Positions 17,026-25,739 are shown, numbered from the stretch's first letter. The stretch: 64,000 nt of DNA from an uncultured Anaerolineales bacterium (GCA_964613985.1 CAZTJD010000008.1:3695-67694); one strand, 5' to 3'. Translations and numbers: made by a program. Notes: generated by a model from the sequence alone, not told the origin.

Positions 17026-18522
17026 TTAATATTCAAGTCCTTCCAGGGGATCTCTTCCCTCAATCGTGTAACTGATCCCTTCGCCAGGCGAGAGATCAAT
17101 CGACTTCCATCGAAGGGCTGCCAGGGCCAGGATTGAAGCTATTGCCAGGTCATCCGTCTCACCTTCTGGCGCTGCAAGTGTTGCCGCTTCGAAGACCGCC
17201 AGTTCATTCAATGTGGCGGGATCGTTGAGTCTGCAGGCTGACTCTCTCAAGGCTGCTGCTGCGTGGTCGACAGCAAGCACTTTCGTTTTGCTGTTGGATA
17301 ACCAACCTGGCTTGTTATCGAACGGAGAGATGTAGATCGATTCCCAGCCAGCATGTTCGAGCGCCAATAAGACTGTGTGCCCATGGTTATTCCTTTCGAC
17401 ACAGATTTCCGCATGGTTGTAAATCTCCGCTACTCTAATCAGGTAATGCGCAAATACGTCTGGTTCATAGTTTCCCTGTATAATCGCGGTTTGCTCCCAG
17501 CTCTCCCGATCAAAAACCGTCGCAGCGGATGGATCTGATCTGGGATTTCCCTCCGCCGGGTCGGCAGCCAGGAGGTACTGCCGACCCTTGTGAGGAGGAA
17601 GAAAGGATGAGGAACCCGGGATATCTTGCACCTGGGTCCTTTTACCAAGGTAATCGCCGTGGCAGCTGTTCAGCCAGGCGGGAGAAAATCGTTTGCTCGC
17701 TTTTCTTGCTGCGATTGCTTCTTCTGGCGTCGCCGGGTATTCTTGCCATAGGTCATCTTCTTCATAATCCTGGACCTGGTGCTCATACCAGGCCTGATCT
17801 CGATCCGGACGCGCCTGCCAGGGAAGAAATATCGGGAGATAGTTATTCCTTCCTTTAATAGCATCACTCCAGATTCGTTTAAATGCACTATTCCTGTTTT
17901 CTTTATCCACCGTTGACAGCAAATATAAACGCCCTCCGGCATCGATGGTCGGTTTTACCGCATTAAGCAACCGCTTCAGCCACATGATGAAATCTGCTTC
18001 ATCCACGATAGCCATCGTTGCCGTATAGGTCCTCCCTGAGTGTTTTGTGGTTGGAAATGATTTAGCCCATGATCCTAATTTCCCAAAGTTAATTTCATGG
18101 ACGTTTTTTGTCATGATTTCTGCTTGTAAAAATTCTGGCAGCCTGGCATAGACGCTGTAAAGACGTTCTAAAAGCTCTGAAGCTTCATCATCTCTTCTGC
18201 TGAAGATTAAGATCCCACTCCCAGGATAAAAAATCATCGTATGCAGGGCATAACAAACTAATAACCAGGTCAAACCCAGCTGTCTTGCTTTCAGGATGAT
18301 TACCTGCTTCCGTTTTTCCATTCGCTTGATCACCTTGAATTGCTCATCCCAAAGCTGAAAAGGCAACCACTCCCCAACTGTCTTATTCTCAATCCAGCAA
18401 TATTTATGGATAAACATGGCGGGTGAGAGACGCAGTTCCAATATATGTATTCTCGAGAATTCCACCAAATTTCTGGATGAATAAATCCCATAACTCCTGG
18501 GTTTTTGTCGGTTCTTCTCCAC
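17026..18522 (-). CDS. Terminase large subunit
   Basis: The ATPase has a deviant Walker A (KARQLGLT), Walker B MAIVDEADFI and coupling motif LLST. The C-terminal RNase-H-like nuclease acidic sites are LLAADPAEG, VERNNHGH and ETDDLAIA. Confidence 0.85.
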   Translation of the reverse strand: MEKNRQKPRSYGIYSSRNLVEFSRIHILELRLSPAMFIHKYCWIENKTVGEWLPFQLWDEQFKVIKRMEKRKQVIILKARQLGLTWLLVCYALHTMIFYPGSGILIFSRRDDEASELLERLYSVYARLPEFLQAEIMTKNVHEINFGKLGSWAKSFPTTKHSGRTYTATMAIVDEADFIMWLKRLLNAVKPTIDAGGRLYLLSTVDKENRNSAFKRIWSDAIKGRNNYLPIFLPWQARPDRDQAWYEHQVQDYEEDDLWQEYPATPEEAIAARKASKRFSPAWLNSCHGDYLGKRTQVQDIPGSSSFLPPHKGRQYLLAADPAEGNPRSDPSAATVFDRESWEQTAIIQGNYEPDVFAHYLIRVAEIYNHAEICVERNNHGHTVLLALEHAGWESIYISPFDNKPGWLSNSKTKVLAVDHAAAALRESACRLNDPATLNELAVFEAATLAAPEGETDDLAIASILALAALRWKSIDLSPGEGISYTIEGRDPLEGLEY

Positions 18523-18607
18523 ATGGTTTCACACAGTTTTGCGACGAATAAAATCCGGTCAAAGGGTGCGCCGGTTTTCTGGTGACCCTGGTTTGATCAG
18601 TGTTTTT

Positions 18608-18645
18608 TTATCACAAAATAGAACTTTTGTTCCATTTTGTGATAA
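18608..18645. promoter_or_regulatory. Near-perfect 17-bp-arm palindrome upstream of the terminase gene
   Basis: TTATCACAAAATAGAAC-TTTT-GTTCCATTTTGTGATAA, with one mismatch. It lies 86 bp upstream of the TerL start. Confidence 0.6.
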
Positions 18646-18865
18646 AATCAACCATGAATGACCCGGGGGTAGACTATTACTGGATGTTCACCCACAAGTA
18701 CATCACCACTCCAAACTCAGTTTATTCAACACTAAATTGGTTTCTATTCGGTTTGACTAGAGAATGGTGCTTTTCCCTCCACAAAATGTCTGGTTCATTC
18801 AGACATTCTGTTACCCGAACGGTTTTGTTCAGCCATCTGCCAAGCTGAAAGCATCATCTTCAGCC

Positions 18866-19163
18866 CCAAACGCCATGAATGAATTCACGGCTTGATAAAC
18901 GAAGTCGGCTGAAGCAGACTAGATTGAAAGGAAGCTATGATGGAAAAACGATTGATTAATGAGGAGGATCAAGGATCAGCCCGTTTGAACGGGCTTAAGA
19001 TAGTGTAGCACGCAATTCATTCGCGTGTGGGGGTTGGAGCTAGATAAGGATATCTCAGCTGCGGGAGGTGGGATTGAATTTGCATTATATCGGTGGGGAG
19101 AATATTTTGTAGCGTGAGATTGCATCTCGCACATCTGAACAAGTTGCAAACTCATTCTGCATC
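18866..19163. repeat. 298-bp multi-hairpin dispersed repeat, copy 1 (partner at 54219-54514)
   Basis: By-eye alignment to 54219-54514 gives about 85% identity. It contains AGCCCGT-TTGA-ACGGGCT and other short stems. Confidence 0.85.
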
Positions 19164-19361
19164 GCTTAACGAGTCTGGTAAAGCACCGATGACAGCGGTA
19201 TGAGACATAAGTAAACAATATTCAGTCCAGCGTACGAGAGATCGCTTCGTCACAAAAATCGTTCCTCGCGATGACATAATCACGTTCTTAATGTCGTAGC
19301 GAAGAATCTCTCATCTCCCTCAAGCATCTTTAAAGTACTTTCCCACCGACAATCCAACAAT

Positions 19362-19388
19362 AAAAAAACCGGCGCGGTGGTCGCCGGT
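19362..19388 (-). terminator. Intrinsic terminator of the NRPS-like gene
   Basis: On the minus strand the stem is ACCGGCG-(7 nt)-CGCCGGT followed by TTTTTTT. It lies about 160 nt past the stop codon at 19550. Confidence 0.7.
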
Positions 19389-19549
19389 TTCTATAGAACT
19401 TTTAGCGTTTCTGAGACTATATTATCAATAATCATTCAAAAAATTCATACCCCACAAAGCCTGTTTTTTTCCTCCAAAAGCCTCGATTCTGAGAACCAGG
19501 AAAAAATGGATTCGCGAAATTCTCGCCTCTACGTTTTATCCCTGACAGT

Positions 19550-22192
19550 TCACGCAGCCTGGAGGCCTGCCTGATCGAGATGTTCATCCAATTTTTGAGC
19601 CAGGACCTGAACATAGGGCTCTAAAATGAAAGAATGTACCCCACCTTCCGGTCCTTCCCGATGACCTCGATGGATCCCAGGGATCGAGACAACTCCCAAG
19701 TCTTCCGTAGTTACACCTCTCCACTGTCCTCTCGAAAACTCGCCTCTGCTCCCAGCCGTATTGAATAAAGTGATCTTGCCGGGATAGGGTCGGGCTAAAT
19801 AATTCACCCGGGCATAGTTATGAGTGGCGAAGACCTCGTAGATTCGTTTCCCAAGTTTGTCATCCGGGGAGAATGCTTTCATCATTTCTTTCAAAGACGC
19901 CATGCCAATGGGAAACTTTTGTCTGAGTATTTTCTTGTTTATGAACCTTGTGACCATAAAAACCGGGTAGGTTCGTGGTCTTGAAAGATAAGGGGCATGG
20001 GTTGAATCCAGGATTCCCAGGAATGGGACCTGTTCTCCTTGCGCCACGAATTGTTGCGCCATCTCAAATGCAACCAGGCCTCCGAAACACATCCCGCCTA
20101 AGAAATAAGGTCCTTCCGGTTGCAAGGATCGAACCCTCTCGATATAGTATTTCGCCATATCCACAATACTGTCGTGAGGTTCAGCCTTGCCATCCATGCC
20201 AAGATATTCAAAACCATAGAAAGGTCGATCCTTGCTGAGGTGTTTAGCCAGGTCTTTAAATACCATCACCGTGACAGCAGATGGAGGTACACAGAAAAAA
20301 GGCGGCTTTGAACCCAAGGGTTGTAATGCAACCAGGTGCGACCAGGCCTGTAAAGCATCCTTATCCATCAGTAATTTCGCTATTCCATCAATGGTCCTGG
20401 CTTGAATCAATGCAGGGAAGGGTAATGTTTTTTCTAATTTCTGCTCTATCTCAACCACCAATCGCATCGCCATGAGGGAGTGTCCCCCAAGATCGAAGAA
20501 ATCATCCTGGATGCCTACTGGTTGGAATTCAAGCAGGTGTTCCCAGATCTCGACCAGCTCCCTTTCAACTGGGTTTTGAGGCGCAACATATTCGCTACTT
20601 AGTGAAGATCTAGATTTTTCCGGTTGAGGTAATGCCTGTCGATCTACTTTCCCGGATGGGAGTCTTGGGATTCCTTCTAAAACCATGAATTCGGTTGGGA
20701 TCATATAAGAGGGAAGACCTTGCTGCAGTTCTTTTATAATTTCTTCCACCAGGGTTTCGGATTTTTCGATCGGGACAAGATAGGCAGTCAGATGACTCTC
20801 TCCAACAGAGTCGGTATATGCATAAACAAAAGCGTCTTTTATGGAGCTGGAATCCAATAATTTCGAATTGATTTCTCCTAATTCAACCCGGTTGCCTCGG
20901 ATCTTTACCTGGTCGTCCTTCCGTCCCAGATGGTAAAGGCAGCCATCAGGGTCTTTTCTGCCTAAATCTCCCGTTTGATATTGGAAGACGCCATCTTCTC
21001 CTGGGACAGGGTGGAATTTCTCTTTTGTCAGGTCTGGTCTTTTCCAATACCCTGGGGAAAGATAGCTGCTCTGGATCACAATTTCCCCTACTTCCCCTGC
21101 TGGCAACTCATCCCCGTCTTCATTCATGATTAAAACCTTCTTGTCTTCCTGTTCATATCCTACTGGAACGATTCCTCCTTTAATTTCGGTCCCTTTCGTG
21201 ATTACGAAACTTCCACCAGACAAAAATTCTGTACCGCCCAGGGAATTGTACATTTTACAGGAAGGTGGGAAAAACTTTTTATACGCCTCGACATCTACCT
21301 TCAGGCAGGTATCTGCGCCCAAGATTAAGATTCGAACATCGGGGAATGTCGTTTCGTCATCCAGCAAAGATGTGAAGTATCGAAAGGTGGATGGGATGGT
21401 AGAAATGATTGTGATTTTTTCATCAACCAGGAAATCCGCTAACCCTGCCAGGCCCTGTTTTTTAATATCATATGGAAATAAACAAGCCCCATTTAACAAC
21501 GTATGGAATACCGGGCCCAGATGAGCGGTAAAACTTCCAGACACCAGGAAAATATAACGATCCTCGTAACTCATACCCCGAAAATGCAACTGGGTATATG
21601 CCATATGCATGATTAATTCATGAGTTAGAATGCAGCCTTTCGGTTGCCCGGTCGATCCCGAGGTATATTGGATCAATGCCATCGCATCCACGGGGATTTC
21701 CAGGTTTAGATTATCTTTAGGGGTTTCCGGATCGATTTCATCCAGATTGATGATTTTCCGCTTCCCATCGGATAAATCTTGAGCGAAAGCCAGGTTCGAG
21801 GTATTCGTGATGATCAGCGGAGTTTCAGAATCGGACAGCATAAACTCCAATCTTTCCACGGGGAAATCGGGATCGAGTGCCATATAGGCATTTCCTGACT
21901 TTAAAATGCCGAATATCGTAACGACTTGGGGGGATCCATGGTCGACCAGAAATGCAACCGGACCACGATAACCGCCTAGCTGATTGGAAATGATATTTGC
22001 GACCTGGTTGGCTCTATGATTGATTTGGAGATAGGTGTATAGGATTTCCCATTGTTTTACAGCAGGATAATCTGGATATAGATCAACCTGCTTCTCAAAT
22101 CGATCAACCAGGGATGTTTCAAGTTCTGCACGGTCGAACTGGCCAGTATGGTCCGTTATTCCTGATGGTGGCACGTGTGGGATCGAGTTCAT
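19550..22192 (-). CDS. Stand-alone NRPS-like A-T-TE enzyme (no condensation domain) with Cys in the TE nucleophile position
   Basis: Adenylation cores: YTSGSTGQPKG, YQTGDLG, GRKDDQVKIRGNRVELGEI, PSGKVDR. The carrier motif is FFDLGGHSL (Ser582). The thioesterase GxSxG reads GGMCFGG (Cys702, codon TGT at 20087-20089). Confidence 0.85.
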   Translation of the reverse strand: MNSIPHVPPSGITDHTGQFDRAELETSLVDRFEKQVDLYPDYPAVKQWEILYTYLQINHRANQVANIISNQLGGYRGPVAFLVDHGSPQVVTIFGILKSGNAYMALDPDFPVERLEFMLSDSETPLIITNTSNLAFAQDLSDGKRKIINLDEIDPETPKDNLNLEIPVDAMALIQYTSGSTGQPKGCILTHELIMHMAYTQLHFRGMSYEDRYIFLVSGSFTAHLGPVFHTLLNGACLFPYDIKKQGLAGLADFLVDEKITIISTIPSTFRYFTSLLDDETTFPDVRILILGADTCLKVDVEAYKKFFPPSCKMYNSLGGTEFLSGGSFVITKGTEIKGGIVPVGYEQEDKKVLIMNEDGDELPAGEVGEIVIQSSYLSPGYWKRPDLTKEKFHPVPGEDGVFQYQTGDLGRKDPDGCLYHLGRKDDQVKIRGNRVELGEINSKLLDSSSIKDAFVYAYTDSVGESHLTAYLVPIEKSETLVEEIIKELQQGLPSYMIPTEFMVLEGIPRLPSGKVDRQALPQPEKSRSSLSSEYVAPQNPVERELVEIWEHLLEFQPVGIQDDFFDLGGHSLMAMRLVVEIEQKLEKTLPFPALIQARTIDGIAKLLMDKDALQAWSHLVALQPLGSKPPFFCVPPSAVTVMVFKDLAKHLSKDRPFYGFEYLGMDGKAEPHDSIVDMAKYYIERVRSLQPEGPYFLGGMCFGGLVAFEMAQQFVAQGEQVPFLGILDSTHAPYLSRPRTYPVFMVTRFINKKILRQKFPIGMASLKEMMKAFSPDDKLGKRIYEVFATHNYARVNYLARPYPGKITLFNTAGSRGEFSRGQWRGVTTEDLGVVSIPGIHRGHREGPEGGVHSFILEPYVQVLAQKLDEHLDQAGLQAA

Positions 22193-22377
22193 AGGTTCTC
22201 TCTACTTGTTTAGATCAAAATTGTGATTTCACATTGATCAACACAGGTGCGTGATGAAATCACAATTCTTGATAATAGACAACGCTTTCTCCATCGCCCA
22301 TTGAAAAAATCCCACAGGCAATTTGGAATATTCAGACAACCTGGTAAAAGTCATAAAGCGGCAATTAAGCCAACCCG

Positions 22378-23415
22378 TTATTGTTTAAACGGACCAAGTT
22401 GTTTAAGGGCTTCTTCTAAAAATGAAAGATCGTATAGTTTATCCGGAGCAGGCATTTCATTTGTCTCGGTGTACCCTCGATCAATGAAATAATGCATGGC
22501 GTCATCATAAAATGTCTGATCGAATACACCATTGGGATCAAAATAATACCTGTTGTTCTTTATATATTCTGGGGGATTATTAACGTATTTGGTTATGTAT
22601 CCCACGTTCTCATCACTGTAACCATTCTCGGAATTTAACTCGCGGATCGCTTTTATTAATGCTTTAAAAAACCGCACGCCAACCTCTCGATTCTCAGGGA
22701 TCAGAAGTCGTTTTCCAAAGAAATATACCGCATTGCTAGATCCTGGGAAAATGTCACTATATTTCGCAAAGATGACCCCATCCCCACTATCGACTGCCAT
22801 GGATGCCAGTGGTTCCGGAAACATACCGGCATCAATCGCCTTGTTAGCCAAAGCCACATTAATATCAGAAAACGGCAGTATAACAAACTGGATATCATCA
22901 ATCGTCAGTCCTCCCTGTTTCAGAACAGCAGCCGTTAAAAATTCGGTCAGCCCACGTTCAACATTCGTGGCAATAACCGCACCTTTTAAATCTGCTGGTT
23001 GGGTGATCTCACCTGAATCATACAAGTCTTTCCTCACCAGGAATTTTGGAGATACATATCCCTCTTTACTTTGGTTCGTTGGACCAACAATTTTTATTTC
23101 AAATCCCTGGTTGGTTGCGTTAATTAATTCCGTTCCCGTTTGACCAACCCCGACATCAAGGTCCCCCGTTGCCAGCAAAGGCACCATATAACTGGAGGAT
23201 TGGAAAGCTGACATCTCTACCTGAAGTCCCTCTTCTTCGAAATATCCTTTTTCATAGGCGATGAACAGCGGTGAATAGGATAACACCGGCATGTATCCAA
23301 TTTGGATTGTCCCCAGGTCTGGCAGGTCCCCTTTCTTAGAATCACTCCCGCTGCACGAGCCGATGGTTATACTGATTAATAACAGTAGAATGAAAATTTT
23401 GGTGTATTTGTTCAT
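22378..23415 (-). CDS. Lipoprotein, ABC-type substrate-binding protein (NMT1/THI5-like, NitT/TauT type)
   Basis: The signal peptide has a lipobox (LLLISITIGSC). The sequence has overall SBP character. No permease or ATPase gene is adjacent. Confidence 0.65.
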   Translation of the reverse strand: MNKYTKIFILLLLISITIGSCSGSDSKKGDLPDLGTIQIGYMPVLSYSPLFIAYEKGYFEEEGLQVEMSAFQSSSYMVPLLATGDLDVGVGQTGTELINATNQGFEIKIVGPTNQSKEGYVSPKFLVRKDLYDSGEITQPADLKGAVIATNVERGLTEFLTAAVLKQGGLTIDDIQFVILPFSDINVALANKAIDAGMFPEPLASMAVDSGDGVIFAKYSDIFPGSSNAVYFFGKRLLIPENREVGVRFFKALIKAIRELNSENGYSDENVGYITKYVNNPPEYIKNNRYYFDPNGVFDQTFYDDAMHYFIDRGYTETNEMPAPDKLYDLSFLEEALKQLGPFKQ

Positions 23416-23772
23416 GGTTTCCTCCAGGAATAAGATTTAATCCACAAATATTATCCTGAAATCGAGAAATCATCAAGAGCGTGTTGATTATTGACTCCCG
23501 TTGATTACATTTTTCACATTGTCATCCTGATTGAAATTCCATTCTAGATAGATATTAAGGTTTTACAATGACCATCAGAAAGATTGTGTTCCATAACAAA
23601 GAGAAAGAACTCACGCCTGAAGGTGGAGATCTTTCATCCTGCTGCACTCCATTCTGAATAACAGGTCAAAGATTTACGGTTGACATGCTGCCGGATTCCC
23701 TCAGACCGATCGAGAAACCGTATGCCAAGAAAAATTTGATACAGCTAGGTTGGATATAAGGTAGAAGTTTCT

Positions 23773-24810
23773 TTACTCACACGCCTCGCCATCGCCATCG
23801 GGGTCAAGATTAAAGATATCTCCATCCCCATTTATGAGACATTTAAGGTAGCACCATTGTGCATCCGCCTGGCTGTCAAAATCCTCGCAATCGAGATCGG
23901 GGCCGTTGCAGTTGCAGTTTGGATTTCCACCACTCTTATTATTGCTCGTTTTATCAGGTGTTGCTGTCCACAATGGCGCCAAAGTACGGGTGAGCGTGGG
24001 AGTGACCTTCCAAAGACCTGCCTTATCTGCCTGGGCAGCAGCTTCTGCCTCCTGGAACAGATCACTGCAAGACAGGTCTGGTGGCATATTTTCCGCTTCC
24101 GCGAATCCGTTGTGAATAAGCTCATGGTTAACGAACAGATCACCTACAAAAACATATCGGAGCAGCCGCCCTTCTGGATCGCGATCTGTAACATCCCGGA
24201 CCAGCACCACCTGCTTCGAAAACACGAGATATATATTCTCATTGGAAGCTTCGGGCCCGAACGGATCGGTGATTTCAGGAGCAACAATCCCAATATAACG
24301 CACGATAAATTCATCTCCTTCGATCCGAACCCTGATCTCATCTCCATCAATCACCTGGATTACCTCAGCTACCTGCCGTTCTGTATCTAACGGGATACAG
24401 GGGTGTTCAGGAATTTCTGGTATGTTGCTTGAGGTCCCTGGTGTAGGTTCTATGAATTGTGTTGGTTCGATTGTCACGGGCTGCACTGTCATTGAAGGAA
24501 GAGGGGTATCAACAACAACTTGTTCTACCTCACTGATGACTTCCCCAATAATTTCAGTTGCTTCCGTTTGATTCCGTGCCAATAACGCCTCAATATCTGG
24601 GGGCGCACCATTCACCACCCGATACCCGGCAAATGCCAGGCAGCAAAGTGGGAACAGCAGCAGAACAATACCCCCTATAAGTGCCCGCTTACGACTTAAC
24701 CCTTTTGCTCCAGTTTTCCCTAAAGTCATCAAGATGGTACCACAATGCGGACATTGGATCGCATCGTTTGAAATCTCGTTTCCACAATTAGGACAGGTTT
24801 TCATGTTCAT
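23773..24810 (-). CDS. Membrane-anchored extracellular nuclease: zinc ribbon, TM, SNase-like domain, Excalibur Ca-binding domain
   Basis: Zinc ribbon: CPNCGNEISNDAIQCPHCG. TM: IGGIVLLLFPLCCLAF. Thermonuclease blocks: VIDGDEIRV…VRYIGIVAPE…GRLLRYVF. C-terminal Excalibur motif: DCEDFDSQADAQ…LDPDGDGEACE. Confidence 0.8.
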   Translation of the reverse strand: MNMKTCPNCGNEISNDAIQCPHCGTILMTLGKTGAKGLSRKRALIGGIVLLLFPLCCLAFAGYRVVNGAPPDIEALLARNQTEATEIIGEVISEVEQVVVDTPLPSMTVQPVTIEPTQFIEPTPGTSSNIPEIPEHPCIPLDTERQVAEVIQVIDGDEIRVRIEGDEFIVRYIGIVAPEITDPFGPEASNENIYLVFSKQVVLVRDVTDRDPEGRLLRYVFVGDLFVNHELIHNGFAEAENMPPDLSCSDLFQEAEAAAQADKAGLWKVTPTLTRTLAPLWTATPDKTSNNKSGGNPNCNCNGPDLDCEDFDSQADAQWCYLKCLINGDGDIFNLDPDGDGEACE

Positions 24811-25217
24811 CTTGGTCTTCCTCTCTGCTAAAAGGAAATTTGAGTAAAAAAATCACTTATTCTGTTTTTTCCCAATGGTTTCATTATATCCAAAACCTGG
24901 AGATAAGGACATTTTCCAGATTGGCACTACCAAATATTATACACTGGATTAATTAAGTTTTTTGAAGTTGATTATATCTACCTGGATAGATAGGGTAACC
25001 CATTTGTATTTATGTCACGTCAGTTTAGGAAAAACGGTATGCCTCTGGCTTATTATCGATTCAAGAGCACAAAGAGGGCTGGGGAATCCCAAGTATCTTC
25101 ACTTTGAAATAAGTCCGCTGGGTGAACGGGCAGTCTTTTTACCCGATCTTCAGGTTGTGGGAGGCAATATTAGCTCCTTTGCTCGCCACACCTTTACAAT
25201 TATGATATAAAGAGAAC

Positions 25218-25739
25218 ATGCGTGATGTGAAACAAAAATGCCGTCAGTATGAACGACCATGGCGAGAATTCTGTGTTGATAAAAATCTTGAAGACGATTG
25301 GCTAGAAAGGTTAAACAACTTAAAGGTGTTTGACCTGATCAATATCTGCGAGGGGCATCCTGAACGAGCCACCCACACTGCAACAAGATACGCCCATATT
25401 TATTTAAAGCTAAAAGATTCTCACATAAGGGGTTTGGGTAAAGATTGGGAAACAATACGTCCTACATTATTAAAAGATGTACACCGTTTATTCCAGGATG
25501 GAAAAATCCTTTTGAACCTTGATTTGAATTTTAAGATTCGCAGCGATCAGGGAAGATTCGTCTATCAGGAAGGGTTGAGGTTAAAATTACGGGCGAATGA
25601 AGCCAGTAAGACCGTCAGCCTGGATGATTTTGTTCGTTCATGGTTCGAGACCTGCATACACTGCATGGAAATTTTAGATAAAATACTATTAGATCAGCTG
25701 TCTGTAATCCATCTCAAGGAAACCGATCCTATAGAATGA
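25218..25739 (+). CDS. Hypothetical protein
   Basis: 173-aa ORF with a plausible start. No recognisable motif. Confidence 0.45.
   Translation: MRDVKQKCRQYERPWREFCVDKNLEDDWLERLNNLKVFDLINICEGHPERATHTATRYAHIYLKLKDSHIRGLGKDWETIRPTLLKDVHRLFQDGKILLNLDLNFKIRSDQGRFVYQEGLRLKLRANEASKTVSLDDFVRSWFETCIHCMEILDKILLDQLSVIHLKETDPIE

Larger units (their letters stand above)
2228..18522 (-). mobile_element. Phage-derived structural and lysis gene module (cryptic short-tailed prophage or domesticated particle module)
   Basis: An uninterrupted minus-strand series runs TerL, portal, capsid, beta-helix spikes, GH25 lysozyme, holin and a large fibre. Spacing is tight, with 4-bp overlaps. No integrase, repressor, replication genes or att repeats were seen. 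Confidence 0.8.

Noticed and set aside
18600-18848. 82-aa plus-strand ORF upstream of TerL, considered as a possible small terminase or regulator
   Set aside because: It starts inside the AT-rich palindrome, has no RBS, has odd composition (F/Y/W-rich), and is on the opposite strand to the operon.
18523-19549. Search for a tRNA gene or att core at the prophage boundary
   Set aside because: No T-arm or anticodon-arm-like sequence was seen, and no segment matches the left boundary (2209-2227 or 957-1050). The region is explained by dispersed repeats.
23416-23772. TPP or other riboswitch in the leader of the NMT1/THI5-like SBP gene
   Set aside because: No CUGAGA / ACCUGAUCUGGAUAAUGCCAGCG-type conserved cores appear on the minus strand. 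The region is largely MITE fragments.
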